A stretch of 64,000 bases of DNA from Eledone cirrhosa (Eukaryota), in the NCBI GenBank assembly GCA_964016885.1, contig OZ024742.1:370636001-370700000 (forward strand), read 5' to 3'. Positions 1-13,670 of this stretch are shown here, piece after piece. The notes beneath the pieces were generated by a model. The model had not been told where the DNA came from. It was given only the letters and a program-made list of their open reading frames with translations, and did no database searches. Position numbers and translations under genes: made by a program. Positions within the stretch are counted from its first letter, which is position 1, and each line of letters begins with the position of its first letter.

Positions 1-3000
1 ATTGTTCTACCTCAGGTGAGGTATACTCCTCATATGATGGTGGTTCTACCTCAGGTGAGATATACTCCTCATATAATGGTGGTTCTACCTCGGGTGAGAT
101 ATACTCCTCATATAGTGGTGGTTCTAACTGAGGTGAGATATACTCCTCATATAATGGTGGTTCTACCTCAAGTGAGGTATACTCCTCATATAGTGGTGGT
201 TCTACCTCAGGTGAGATATACTCCTCATATAGTGGCGATTCTAACTCATGTGAGGTATACTACTCATATAACGGTGGTTCTACCTCAGGTGAGGTATACT
301 CCTCACATAGTGGTGGTTCTACCTCAGGTGAGATATACGCCTCATATAGTGGTGGTTCTACCTCAGGTGAGATATACTCCTCATATAGTGGTGGTCCTAC
401 CTCAGGTGAAGTATACTCCGCATATAGTCATGGTTCTACCTCAGGTGAGGTATACTCCTCATATAAAGGTGGTTCTACCTCAGGTGAGATATACTCCTCA
501 TATAATGGTGGTTCTACCTCAGGTGAGGTATACTCCTCATATAGTGGTGGTTCTACCTCAGGTGAGGTATACTCCTCATATAATGGTGGTTCTACCTCAA
601 TGAGATATACTCCTCATATAGTGGTGGTTCTACCTCAGGTGAGGTATACTCCTCATATAGTGGTGGTTCTACCTCAGGTGAGATATACTCCTCATATAGA
701 GGTGGTTCTACCTCAGGTGAGATATACACCCCATATAGTGGTGGTTCTACCTCAGGTGAGGTATACTCCTCATATAGTGGTGGTTCTACCTCAGGTGAGA
801 TATACTCCTCATATAGAGGTAGTTTTACCTCAGGTGAGGTATACTCCTCATATAGTGGTGGTTCTACCTCAGGTGAGATTTACTCCTCATATAGTGGTGG
901 TTCTACCTCAGTTGAGGTATACTCCTCATATAGTGGTAGTTCTACCTCAGGTGAGGTATACTCCTCATATAAAGGTGGTTCTACCTCAGGTGAGATATAC
1001 TCCTCATATAGAGGTGGTTCTACCTCAGGTGAGATATACTCCCCATATAGTGGTGGTTCTACCTCAGGTGAGGTATACTCCTCATATAATGGTGGTTCTA
1101 CCTCAGGTGAGATATACTCTTCATATAGTGGTGGTTCTACATCAGGTGAGGTATACTCCTCATATAGTGGTGGTTCTACCTCAGGTGAGATATACTCCTC
1201 ATATAATGGTGGTTCTACCTAAGGTGAGGTATACTCCTCATATAGTGGTGGTTCTACCTCAGGTGAGATATACTCCTCATATAGTGGTGGTTCTACCTCA
1301 GGTGAGGTATAATCTTCATATAGTGGTGGTTCTACCTCAGTTGAGGTATACTCCTCATATAGTGGTGGTTCTACCTCAGGTGAGGTATACTCCTCATATA
1401 GTGGTGGTTCTACCTCAGGTGAGATATACTCCTCATATAATGGTGGTTCTACCTCAGGTGAGGTTTAGTCCTCATATAGTGGTGGTTCTACCTCAGGTGA
1501 GAAATACTCCTCATATAGTGGTGGTTCTACCTCAGATGAGATATACTCCTCATATAATAGTGGTTCAACCTGAGGTGAGATATACTCCTCATATAATGGT
1601 GGTTCTACCTCAGGTGAGATATACTCCTCATATAGTGGTGGTTCTACCTCAGGTGAGATATACTCCTCATATAATGGTGGTTCTACCTCAGGTGAGATAT
1701 ACTCCTCATATAGTGGTGGTTCTACCTCAGGTGAGATATACTCCTCATATAGTGGTGGTTCTACCTCAAGTGAGATATACTCGTCATATAGTGGTGGTTC
1801 TACCTCAGGTGAGGTATACTCCTCATATAGTGGTGGTTCTACCTCATGTGAGATATACTCCTCATATAGTGGAGGTACTACCTCAGGTGAGGTATACTCC
1901 TCATATAGTGGTGGTTCTACCTCAGGTGAGGTATACTCCTCATATAGTGGTGGTTCTACCTCAGGTGAGGTATACTCCTCATATAATGGTGGTTCTACCT
2001 CAGGTGAGATATACGCCTCATATAATGGTGGTTTTACCTCAGGTGAGGTATACTCTTCATATAGTGGTGGTTCTACCTCAGGTGAGGTATACTCTTCATA
2101 TAGTGGTGGTTCTACCTCAGGTGAGGTATACTCCTCATATAATGGTGGTTCTATCTCAATGAGGTATACTCATCATATAGTGGTGGTTCTACCTCAGGTG
2201 AGATATACTCTTCATATAGTGGTGGTTCTACCTCAGGTGAGATATACTCCTCATATAGTGGTGGTTCTACCTCAGGTGAGGTATACTCCTCATATAGTCA
2301 TGGTTCTACCTCAGGTAAGGTATACTCCTCATATAAAGGTGGTTCTACCTCAGGTGAGGTATGCTCCTCATATAGTCGTGGTTCTACCTCAGGTGAGGTA
2401 TACTCCTCATATAGTCGTGGTTCTACCTCAGGTGAGGTATGCTCCTCATATAATGTTGGTTCTACCTCAGGTGAGATATACTCCTCATATAGTGGTGGTT
2501 CTACCTCAGGTGAGATATACTCCTCATATAATGGTGGTTCTACCTCAGCTGAGATATACTCCTCATATAGTGGTGGTTCTACCTCAGGTGAGGTATACTC
2601 CTCATATGATGGTGGTTCTACCTCAGGTGAGATATACTCCTCATATAATGGTGGTTTTACCTCAGGTGAGGTATACTCCTCATATAGTTGTGGTTCTACC
2701 TCAGGTGAGGTATACTCCTTATATAATGGTGGTTTTACCTCAGGTGAGATATACTCCTCATATAGAGGTGGTTTTACCTCAGGTGAGATATACTCCTCAT
2801 ATAGTGGTGGTTCTACCTCAGGTGAGGTATACTCCTCACATAGTGGTGGTTCTACCTCAGGTGAGATATACTCCTCACATAGTGGTGGTTCTACCTCAGG
2901 TGAGATATACTCCTCATATAATGGTGGTTCTACCTCGGGTGAGATATAAACCTCATATAGTGGTGGTTCTAACTCAGGTGAGATATACTCCTCATATAAT

Positions 3001-6000
3001 GGGGGTTCTACCTCAAGTGAGGTATACTCCTCATATAGTGGTGGTTCTACCGCAGGTGAGATATACTCCTCATATAGTGGCGATTCTAACTCATGTGAGG
3101 TATACTCCTCATATAATGGTGGTTCTACCTCAGGTGAGATATACACCTCATATAATGGTGGTTCTACCTCAAGTGATGTATACTCCTCATATAGTGGTGG
3201 TTCTACCTCAGGTGAGGTATACTCTTCATATAGTGGTGGTTCTACCTCAGGTGAGGTATACTCCTCATATAGTGGTGGTTCTACCTCAGGTGAGATATAC
3301 TCCTCATATAATGGTGGTTCTACCTCAGGTGAGGTATACTCCTCATATAGTGGTGGTTCTACCTCAGGTGAGGTATACTCCTCATATAATGGTGGTTCTA
3401 CCTCAGGTGAGATATACTCCTCATATAGTGGTGGTTCTACCTCAGGTGAGGTATACTCCTCATATAGTGGTGGTTCTACCTCAGGTGAGATATACTCCTC
3501 ATATAGGGGTGGTTCTACCTCAGGTGAGATACACTCCCCATATAGTGGTGGTTCTACCTCAGGTGAGGTATACTCGTCATATAGTGGTGGTTCTACCTCA
3601 GGTGAGATATACTCCTCATATAGAGGTAGTTTTACCTCAGGTGAGGTATACTCCTCATACAGTGGTGGTTCTACCTCAGGTGAGATTTACTCCTCATATA
3701 GTGGTGGTTCTACCTCAGGTGAGGTATACTCCTCATATAATGGTGGTTCTACCTCAGGTGAGATATACTCTTCATATAGTGGTGGTTCTACCTCAGGTGA
3801 GGTATACTCCTCATATAGTGGTGGTTGTACCTCAGGTGAGATATACTCCTCATATAATGGTGGTTCTACCTAAGGTGAGGTATACTCCTCATATAGTGGT
3901 GGTTCTACCTCAGGTGAGATATACTCCTCATCTAGTGGCGGTTCTACCTCAGGTGAGGTATACACTTCATATAGTGGTGGTTCTACCTCAGGTGAGGTAT
4001 ACTCCTCATATAGTGGTGGTTCTACCTCAGGTGAGGTATACTCCTCATATAGTGGTGGTTCTACCTCAGGTGAGATATACTCCTCATATAATGGTGGTTC
4101 TACCTCAGGTGAGGTTTAGTCCTCATATAGTGGTGGTTCTACCTCAGGTGAGATATACTCCTCATATAATGGTGGTTCTACCTCAGATGAGATATACTCC
4201 TCATATAATGGTGGTTCAACCTCAGGTGAGATATACTCCTCATATAATGGTGGTTCTACCTCAGGTGAGATATACTCCTCATATAGTGGTGGTTCTACCT
4301 CAAGTGAGGTATACTCCTCATATAATGGTGGTTCTACCTCAATAAGGTATACTCATCATATAGTGGTGGTTCTACCTCAGGTGAGATATACTCTTCATAT
4401 AGTGGTGGTTCTACCTCAGGTGAGATATACTCCTCATATAGTGGTGGTTCAACCTCAGGTGAGGTATACTCCTCATATAGTGGTGGTTCTACCTCAGGTG
4501 AGATATACTCCTCATATAGTGGTGGTTCAACCTCAGGTGAGGTATACTCTTCATATAGTGGTGGTTCTACCTCAGGTGAGGTATACTCCTCATATAGTGG
4601 TGGTTCTACCTCAGGTGAGATATACTCCTCATATAATGGTGGTTCTACCTCAGGTGAGGTATACTCCTCATATAGTGGTGGTTCTACCTCAGGTGAGGTA
4701 TACTCCTCATATAATGGTGGTTCTACCTCAGGTGAGATATACTCCTCATATAGTGGTGGTTTTACCTCAGGTGAGATATACTCCTCATATAGTGGTGGTT
4801 CTACCTCAGGTGAGGTATACTCCTCACATAGTGGTGGTTCTACCTCAGGTGAGATATACTCCTCACATAGTGGTGGTTCTACCTCAGGTGAGATATACTC
4901 CTCATATAATGGTGGTTCTACCTCGGGTGAGATATAAACCTCATATAGTGGTGGTTCTAACTCAGGTGAGATATACTCCTCATATAATGGTGGTTCTACC
5001 TCAAGTGAGGTATACTCCTCATATAGTGGTGGTTCTACCGCAGGTGAGATATACTCCTCATATAGTGGCGATTCTAACTCATGTGAGGTATACTCCTCAT
5101 ATAATGGTGGTTCTACCTCAGGTGAGATATACACCTCATATAATGGTGGTTCTACCTCAAGTGATGTATACTCCTCATATAGTGGTGGTTCTACCTCAGG
5201 TGAGGTATACTCTTCATATAGTGGTGGTTCTACCTCAGGTGAGGTATACTCCTCATATAGTGGTGGTTCTACCTCAGGTGAGACATACTCCTCATATAAT
5301 GGTGGTTCTACCTCAGGTGAGGTATACTCCTCATATAGTGGTGGTTCTACCTCAGGTGAGGTATACTCCTCATATAATGGTGGTTCTACCTCAGGTGAGA
5401 TATACTCCTCATATAGTGGTGGTTCTACCTCAAGTGAGGTATACTCCTCATATAGTGGTGGTTCTACCTCAGGTGAGATATACTCCTCATATAGAGGTGG
5501 TTCTACCTCAGGTGAGATATACTCCTCATATAGTGGTGGTTCTACCTCAGGTGAGGTATACTCGTCATATAGTGGTGGTTCTACCTCAGGTGAGATATAC
5601 TCCTCATATAATGGTGGTTCTACCTCAGGTGAGGTTTAGTCCTCATATAGTGGTGGTTCTACCTCAGGTGAGATATACTCCTCATATAATGGTGGTTCTA
5701 CCTCAGATGAGATATACTCCTCATATAATGGTGGTTCAACCTCAGGTGAGATATACTCCTCATATAATGGTGGTTCTACCTCAGGTGAGATATACTCCTC
5801 ATATAGTGGTGGTTCTACCTCAGGTGAGATATACTCCTCATATAATGGTGGTTCTACCTCAGATGAGATATACTCCTCAATAGTGGTGGTTCTACCTCAG
5901 GTGAGATATACTCCTCATATAGTGGTGGTTCTACCTCAAGTGAGATATACTCCTCATATAGTGGTGGTTATACCTCAGGTGAGATATACTCCTCATATAG

Positions 6001-8249
6001 TGGTGGTTCTACCTCATGTGAGATATACTCCTCATATAGTGGTGGTTCTACCTCAGGTGAGGTATACTCCTCATATAGTGGTGGTTCTACCTCAGGTGAG
6101 GTATACTCTTCATATAGTGGTGGTTCTACCTCAGGTGAGGTATACTCTTCATATAGTGGTGGTTCTACCTCAAGTGAGGTATACTCCTCATATAATGGTG
6201 GTTCTACCTCAATAAGGTATACTCATCATATAGTGGTGGTTCTACCTCAGGTGAGATATACTCTTCATATAGTGGTGGTTCTACCTCAGGTGAGATATAC
6301 TCCTCATATAGTGGTGGTTCAACCTCAGGTGAGGTATACTCCTCATATAGTGGTGGTTCTACCTCAGGTGAGATATACTCCTCATATAGAGGTGGTTCTA
6401 CTTCAGGTGAGATATACTCCCCATATAGTGGTGGTTCTACCTCAGGTGAGGTATACTCCTCATATAGTGGTGGTTCTACCTCAGGTGAGATATACTCCTT
6501 ATATAGAGGTGGTTTTACCTCAAGTGAGGTATACTCCACATATAGTGGTGGTTCTACCTCAGGTGAGATTTACTCCTCATATAATGGTGGTTCTACCTCA
6601 GGTGAGGTATACTCCTCATATAGTGGTGGTTCTACCTCAGGTGAGGTATACTCCTCATATAGTGGTGGTTCTACCTCAGGTGAGATATACTCCTCATATA
6701 AAGGTGGTTCTACCTCAGGTGAGGTATACTCCTCATATAGGGGTGTTTCTACCTCAGGTGAGATATACTCCTCATATAGTGGTGGTTCTACCTCAGGTGA
6801 GATATACTCCTCATATAGTGGTGGTTCTACCTCAGGTGAGATATACTCCTCATATAGTGGTGGATTTACCTCAGGTGAGGTATACTCCTCATATAGTGGT
6901 GGTTCAACCTTAGGTGAGATATACTCCTCATATAATGGTGGTTCTACCTCAGATGAGGTATACTCCTCATATAGTGGTGGTTCTACCTCAGGTGAGGTAT
7001 ACTCCTCATATAGTGGCGATTCTACCTCAGGTGAGATATACTCCTCATATAGTGGTGGTTCTACCTCAGGTGAGATATACTCCTCATATAGTGGTGGTTC
7101 TACCTCAGATGAGGTATACTCCTCATATAATGGTGGTTCTACCTCAGGTGAGATATACTCCTCATATAGTGGTAGTTCTACCTCAGGTGAGATATACTCC
7201 TCATATAATGGTGGTTCTACCACAGGTGAGATATACTCCTCATATAGTGGTGGTTCTACCTCAGGTGAGGTATACTCTTCATATAGTGGTGGTTCTACCT
7301 CAGGTGAGATATACTCCTCTTATAGTGGTGGTTCAACCTCAGGTGAGGTATACTCCTCATATAGTGGTGGTTCTACCTCAGCTGAGATATACTCCTCATA
7401 TAGTGGTGGTTCTACCTCAAGTGAGATATACTCCTCATATAGTGGTGGTTCTACCTCAGGTGAGGTATACTCCTCATATAGTGGTGGTTCTACCTCATGT
7501 GAGATATACTCCTCATATAGTGGTGGTACTACCTCAGGTGAGGTATACTCCTCATATAATGGTGGTTCTACCTCAATGAGGTATACTCATCATATAGTGG
7601 TGGTTCTACCTCAGGTGAGATATACTCTTCATATAGTGGTGGTTCTACCTCAGGTGAGATATACTCCTCATATAGTGGTGGTTCAACCTCAGGTGAGGTA
7701 TACTCCTCATATAGTGGTGGTTCTACCTCAGGTGAGATATACTCCTCGTATAGTGGTGGTTCTACCTCAGGTGAGGTATACTCCTCATATAGTCATGGTT
7801 CTACCTCAGGTGAGGTATACTCCTCATATAAAGGTGGTTCTACCTCAGGTGAGGTATGCTCCTCATATAGTCGTGGTTCTACCTCAGGTGAGGTATACTC
7901 CTCATATAGTCGTGGTTCTACCTCAGGTGAGGTATGCTCCTCATATAATGTTGGTTCTACCTCAGGTGAGATATACTCCTCATATAATGGTGGTTCTACC
8001 TCAGGTGAGATATACTCCTCATATAGTGTTGGTTCTACCTCAGGTGAGATATACTCCTCATATAATGGTGGTTCTACCTCAGGTGAGATATACACCTCAT
8101 ATAATGGTGGTTCTACCTCGGGTGAGATATACACCTCATATAATGGTGGTTCTACCTCGGGTGAGGTATACTCCTCATATAGTTGTGGTTCTACCTCAGG
8201 TGAGGTATACTCCTTATATAATGGTGGTTTTACCTCAGGTGAGATATAC

Positions 8250-11200
8250 TCCTCATATAGTGGTGGTTTTACCTCAGGTGAGATATACTCCTCATATAGT
8301 GGTGGTTCTACCTCAGGTGAGGTATACTCCTCACATAGTGGTGGTTCTACCTCAGGTGAGATATACTCCTCACATAGTGGTGGTTCTACCTCAGGTGAGA
8401 TATACACCTCATATAATGGTGGTTCTACCTCGGGTGAGATATAAACCTGATATGGTGGTGGTTCTAACTCAGGTGAGATATACTCCTCATATAATGGTGG
8501 TTCTACCTCAAGTGAGGTATACTCCTCATATAGTGGTGGTTCTACCGCAGGTGAGATATACTCTTCATATAGTGGCGATTCTAACTCATGTGAGGTATAC
8601 TCCTCATATAATGGTGGTTCTACCTCAGGTGAGATATACACCTCATATAATGGTGGTTCTACCTCAAGTGATGTATACTCCTCATATAGTGGTGGTTCTA
8701 CCTCAGGTGAGGTATACTCTTCATATAGTGGTGGTTCTACCTCAGGTGAGGTATACTCCTCATATAGTGGTGGTTCTACCTCAGGTGAGATATACTCCTC
8801 ATATAATGGTGGTTCTACCTCAGGTGAGTATACTCCTCATATAGTGGTGGTTCTACCTCAGGTGAGGTATACTCCTCATATAATGGTGGTTCTACCTCAG
8901 GTGAGATATACTCCTCATATAGTGGTGGTTCTACCTCAGGTGAGGTATACTCCTCATATAGTGGTGGTTCTACCTCAGGTGAGATATACTCCTCATATAG
9001 AGGTGGTTCTACCTCAGGTGAGATATACTCCCCATATAGTGGTGGTTCTACCTCAGGTGAGGTATACTCCTCATATAGTGGTGGTTCTACCTCAGGTGAG
9101 ATATACTCCTCATATAGAGGTAGTTTTACCTCAGGTGAGGGATACTCCTCATATAGTGGTGGTTCTACCTCAGGTGAGATTTAATCCTCATATAGTGGTG
9201 GTTCTACCTCAGGTGAGGTATACTCCTCATATAATGGTGGTTCTACCTCAGGTGAGATATACTCTTCATATAGTGGTGGTTCTACCTCAGGTGAGGTATA
9301 CTCCTCATATAGTGGTGGTTCTACCTCAGGTGAGATATACTCCTCATATAATGGTGGTTCTACCTAAGGTGAGGTATACTCCTCATATAGTGGTGGTTCT
9401 ACTTCAGGTGAGATATACTCCCAATATAGTGGCGGTTCTACCTCAGGTGAGGTATAATCTTCATATAGTGGTGGTTCTACCTCAGGTGAGGTATACTCCT
9501 CATATAGTGGTGGTTCTACCTCAGGTGAGGTATACTCCTCATATAGTGGTGGTTCTACCTCAGGTGAGATATACTCCTCATATAATGGTGGTTCTACCTC
9601 AGGTGAGGTTTAGTCCTCATATAGTGGTGGTTCTACCTCAGGTGAGATATACTCCTCATATAGTGGTGGTTCTACCTCAGATGAGATATACTCCTCATAT
9701 AATGGTGGTTCAACCTCAGGTGAGATATACTCCTCATATAATGGTGGTTCTACCTCAGGTGAGATATACTCCTCATATAGTGGTGGTTCTACCTCAGGTG
9801 AGATATACTCCTCATATAATGGTGGTTCTACCTCAGGTGAGATATACTCCTCATATAGTCGTGGTTCTACCTCAGGTGAGATATACTCCTCATATAGTGG
9901 TGGTTCTACCTCAAGTGAGATATACTCCTCATATAGTGGTGGTTCTACCTCAGGTGAGATATACTCCTCATATAGTGGTGGTTCTACCTCATGTGAGATA
10001 TACTCCTCATATAGTGGTGGTACTACCTCAGGTGAGGTATACTCCTCATATAGTGGTGGTTCTACCTCAGGTGAGCTATACTCTTCATATAGTGGTGGTT
10101 CTACCTCAGGTGAGGTATACTCTTCATATAGTGGTGGTTCTACCTCAAGTGAGGTATACTCCTCATATAATGGTGGTTCTACCTCAATGAGGTATACTCA
10201 TCATATAGTGGTGGTTCTACCTCAGGTGAGATATACTCTTCATATAGTGGTGGTTCTACCTCAGGTGAGATATACTCCTCATATAGTGGTGGTTCTACCT
10301 CAGGTGAAGTATACTCCTTATATAGTGGTGGTTCTACCTCAGGTGAGGTATACACCTCATATAGTGGTGGTTCTACCTCATGTGAGATATACTCCTCATA
10401 TAATGGTGGTTCTACCTCAAGTGAGATATACTCCTCATATAATGGTGGTTCTACCTCAGGTGAGATATACTCTTCATATTGTGGTGGTTCTACCTCAGGT
10501 GAGATATACTCCTCATATAGTGGTGGTTCTACCTCAGGTGAGGTATACTCCTCATATAGTGGTGGTTCTACCTCAGGTGAGATAAACTCATCATATAGTG
10601 GTGGTTCTACCTTAGGTGAGATATACTCCTCATATAGTGGTGGTTTTACCTCAGGTGAGATATACTCCTCATACAGTGGTTGTTCTACCTCAGGTGAGAT
10701 ATACTCCACATATAGTTGTGGTTCTACCTCAGGTGAGATATACTCCTCATATAATGGTGGTTCTACCTCAGGTGAGGTATACCCTCATATAGTGGTGGTT
10801 CTACCTCAGGTGAGGTATACTCCTCATATAGGGTTGGTTATACCTCAGGTGAGATATACTCCTCATATAATGGTGGTTCTACCTCAGCTGAGATATACTC
10901 CTCGTGTAGTGGTGGTTCTACCTCAGGTGAGGTATACTCCTCATATAATGGTGGTTCTACCTCAGGTGAGGTACACTCCTCATATAATGGTGGTTCTACC
11001 TCAGGTGAGGTATACTCCTCATATAGTGGTGGTTCTACTTCAGGTGAGGTATACTCTTCATATAGTCGTGGTTCTACCTCAGGTGAGATATACTCATCAT
11101 ATAATGGTGGTTCTACCTCAGGTGAGATATACTCCTCATATAGTGGTGGTTATACCTCAGGTGAGATATGCACATCATATAGTGGTGGTTCTACCTCATG

Positions 11201-13670
11201 TGAGGTATACTCCTCATATAGTGGTGCTTCTACCTCAGGTGAGATATACTCCTCATATAGTGGTCGTTCTACCTCAGGTGAGATATACACCTCATATAGT
11301 GGTGGTTCTACCTCAGGTGAGATATGCTCGTCATATAGTGGTGGTTCTACCTCAGGTGAGGTATGCTCCTCATATAGTGGTGGTTCTACCACAGGTGAGA
11401 TATACTCCTCATATAGTGGTGGTTCTACCTCAGGTGAGGTATACTCCTCACATAGTGGTGGTTCTACCTCAGGTGAGATATACTCCTCACATAGTGGTGG
11501 TTCTACCTCAGGTGAGATATACACCTCATATAATGGTGGTTCTACCTCGGGTGAGATATAAACCTGATATGGTGGTGGTTCTAACTCAGGTGAGATATAC
11601 TCCTCATATAATGGTGGTTCTACCTCAAGTGAGGTATACTCCTCATATAGTGGTGGTTCTACCGCAGGTGAGATATACTCCTCATATAGTGGCGATTCTA
11701 ACTCATGTGAGGTATACTCCTCATATAATGGTGGTTCTACCTCAGGTGAGATATACACCTCATATAATGGTGGTTCTACCTCAAGTGATGTATACTCCTC
11801 ATATAGTGGTGGTTCTACCTCAGGTGAGGTATACTCTTCATATAGTGGTGGTTCTACCTCAGGTGAGGTATACTCCTCATATAGTGGTGGTTCTACCTCA
11901 GGTGAGATATACTCCTCATATAATGGTGGTTCTACCTCAGGTGAGTATACTCCTCATATAGTGGTGGTTCTACCTCAGGTGAGGTATACTCCTCATATAA
12001 TGGTGGTTCTACCTCAGGTGAGATATACTCCTCATATAGTGGTGGTTCTACCTCAGGTGAGGTATACTCCTCATATAGTGGTGGTTCTACCTCAGGTGAG
12101 ATATACTCCTCATATAGAGGTGGTTCTACCTCAGGTGAGATATACTCCCCATATAGTGGTGGTTCTACCTCAGGTGAGGTATACTCCTCATATAGTGGTG
12201 GTTCTACCTCAGGTGAGATATACTCCTCATATAGAGGTAGTTTTACCTCAGGTGAGGGATACTCCTCATACAGTGGTGGTTCTACCTCAGGTGAGATATA
12301 CTCCTCATATAATGGTGGTTCTACCTAAGGTGAGGTATACTCCTCATATAGTGGTGGTTCTACTTCAGGTGAGATATACTCCCAATATAGTGGCGGTTCT
12401 ACCTCAGGTGAGGTATACTCTTCATATAGTGGTGGTTCAACCTCAGGTGAGGTATACTCCTCATATAGTGGTGGTTCTACCTCAGGTGAGGTATACTCCT
12501 CATATAGTGGTGGTTCTACCTCAGGTGAGATATACTCCTCATATAATGGTGGTTCTACCTCAGGTGAGGTTTAGTCCTCATATAGTGGTGGTGCTACCTC
12601 AGGTGAGATATACTCCTCATATAGTGGTGGTTCTACCTCAGATGAGATATACTCCTCATATAATGGTGGTTCAACCTCAGGTGAGATATACTCCTCATAT
12701 AATGGTGGTTCTACCTCAGGTGAGATATACTCCTCATATAGTGGTGGTTCTACCTCAGGTGAGATATACTCCTCATATAATGGTGGTTCTACCTCAGGTG
12801 AGATATACTCCTCATATAGTGGTGGTTCTACCTCAGGTGAGATATACTCCTCATATAGTGGTGGTTCTACCTCAAGTGAGATATACTCCTCATATAGTGG
12901 TGGTTCTACCTCAGGTGAGATATACTCCTCATATAGTGGTGGTTCTACCTCATGTGAGATATACTCCTCATATAGTGGTGGTACTACCTCAGGTGAGGTA
13001 TACTCCTCATATAGTGGTGGTTCTACCTCAGGTGAGGTATACTCTTCATATAGTGGTGGTTCTACCTCAGGTGAGGTATACTCTTCATATAGTGGTGGTT
13101 CTACCTCAAGTGAGGTATACTCCTCATATAATGGTGGTTCTACCTCAATGAGGTATACTCATCATATAGTGGTGGTTCTACCTCAGGTGAGATATACTCT
13201 TCATATAGTGGTGGTTCTACCTCAGGTGAGATATACTCCTCATATAGTGGTGGTTCTACCTCAGGTGAAGTATACTCCTTATATAGTGGTGGTTCTACCT
13301 CAGGTGAGGTATACACCTCATATAGTGGTGGTTCTACCTCATGTGAGATATACTCCTCATATAATGGTGGTTCTACCTCAAGTGAGATATACTCCTCATA
13401 TAATGGTGGTTCTACCTCAGGTGAGATATACTCTTCATATTGTGGTGGTTCTACCTCAGGTGAGATATACTCCTCATATAGTGGTGGTTCTACCTCAGGT
13501 GAGGTATACTCCTCATATAGTGGTGGTTCTACCTCAGGTGAGATAAACTCATCATATAGTGGTGGTTCTACCTTAGGTGAGATATACTCCTCATATAGTG
13601 GTGGTTTTACCTCAGGTGAGATATACTCCTCATACAGTGGTTGTTCTACCTCAGGTGAGATATACTCCAC
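8250..13670. repeat. Segmental duplication with ~3117 bp offset (8.25-10.7 kb vs 11.4-13.7 kb), with a 4-monomer (156 bp) deletion in the second copy
   Basis: Pseudo-ORFs 8844 (448 aa) and 11961 (396 aa) are offset by 3117, and the downstream offset is 2961 (=3117-156). Shared AAACCTGATATGG and GTGAGTATAC variants. Confidence 0.85.

Noticed and set aside
7-23. let-7 pre-miRNA genes (TGAGGTA arm with hairpin)
   Set aside because: Only 7-8 nt match let-7, and there is no ~60-70 nt precursor stem or mature 22-mer.
192-199. Chi-like recombination motif (AGTGGTGG vs GCTGGTGG)
   Set aside because: Only 6/8 match and no evidence of a RecBCD-type host.
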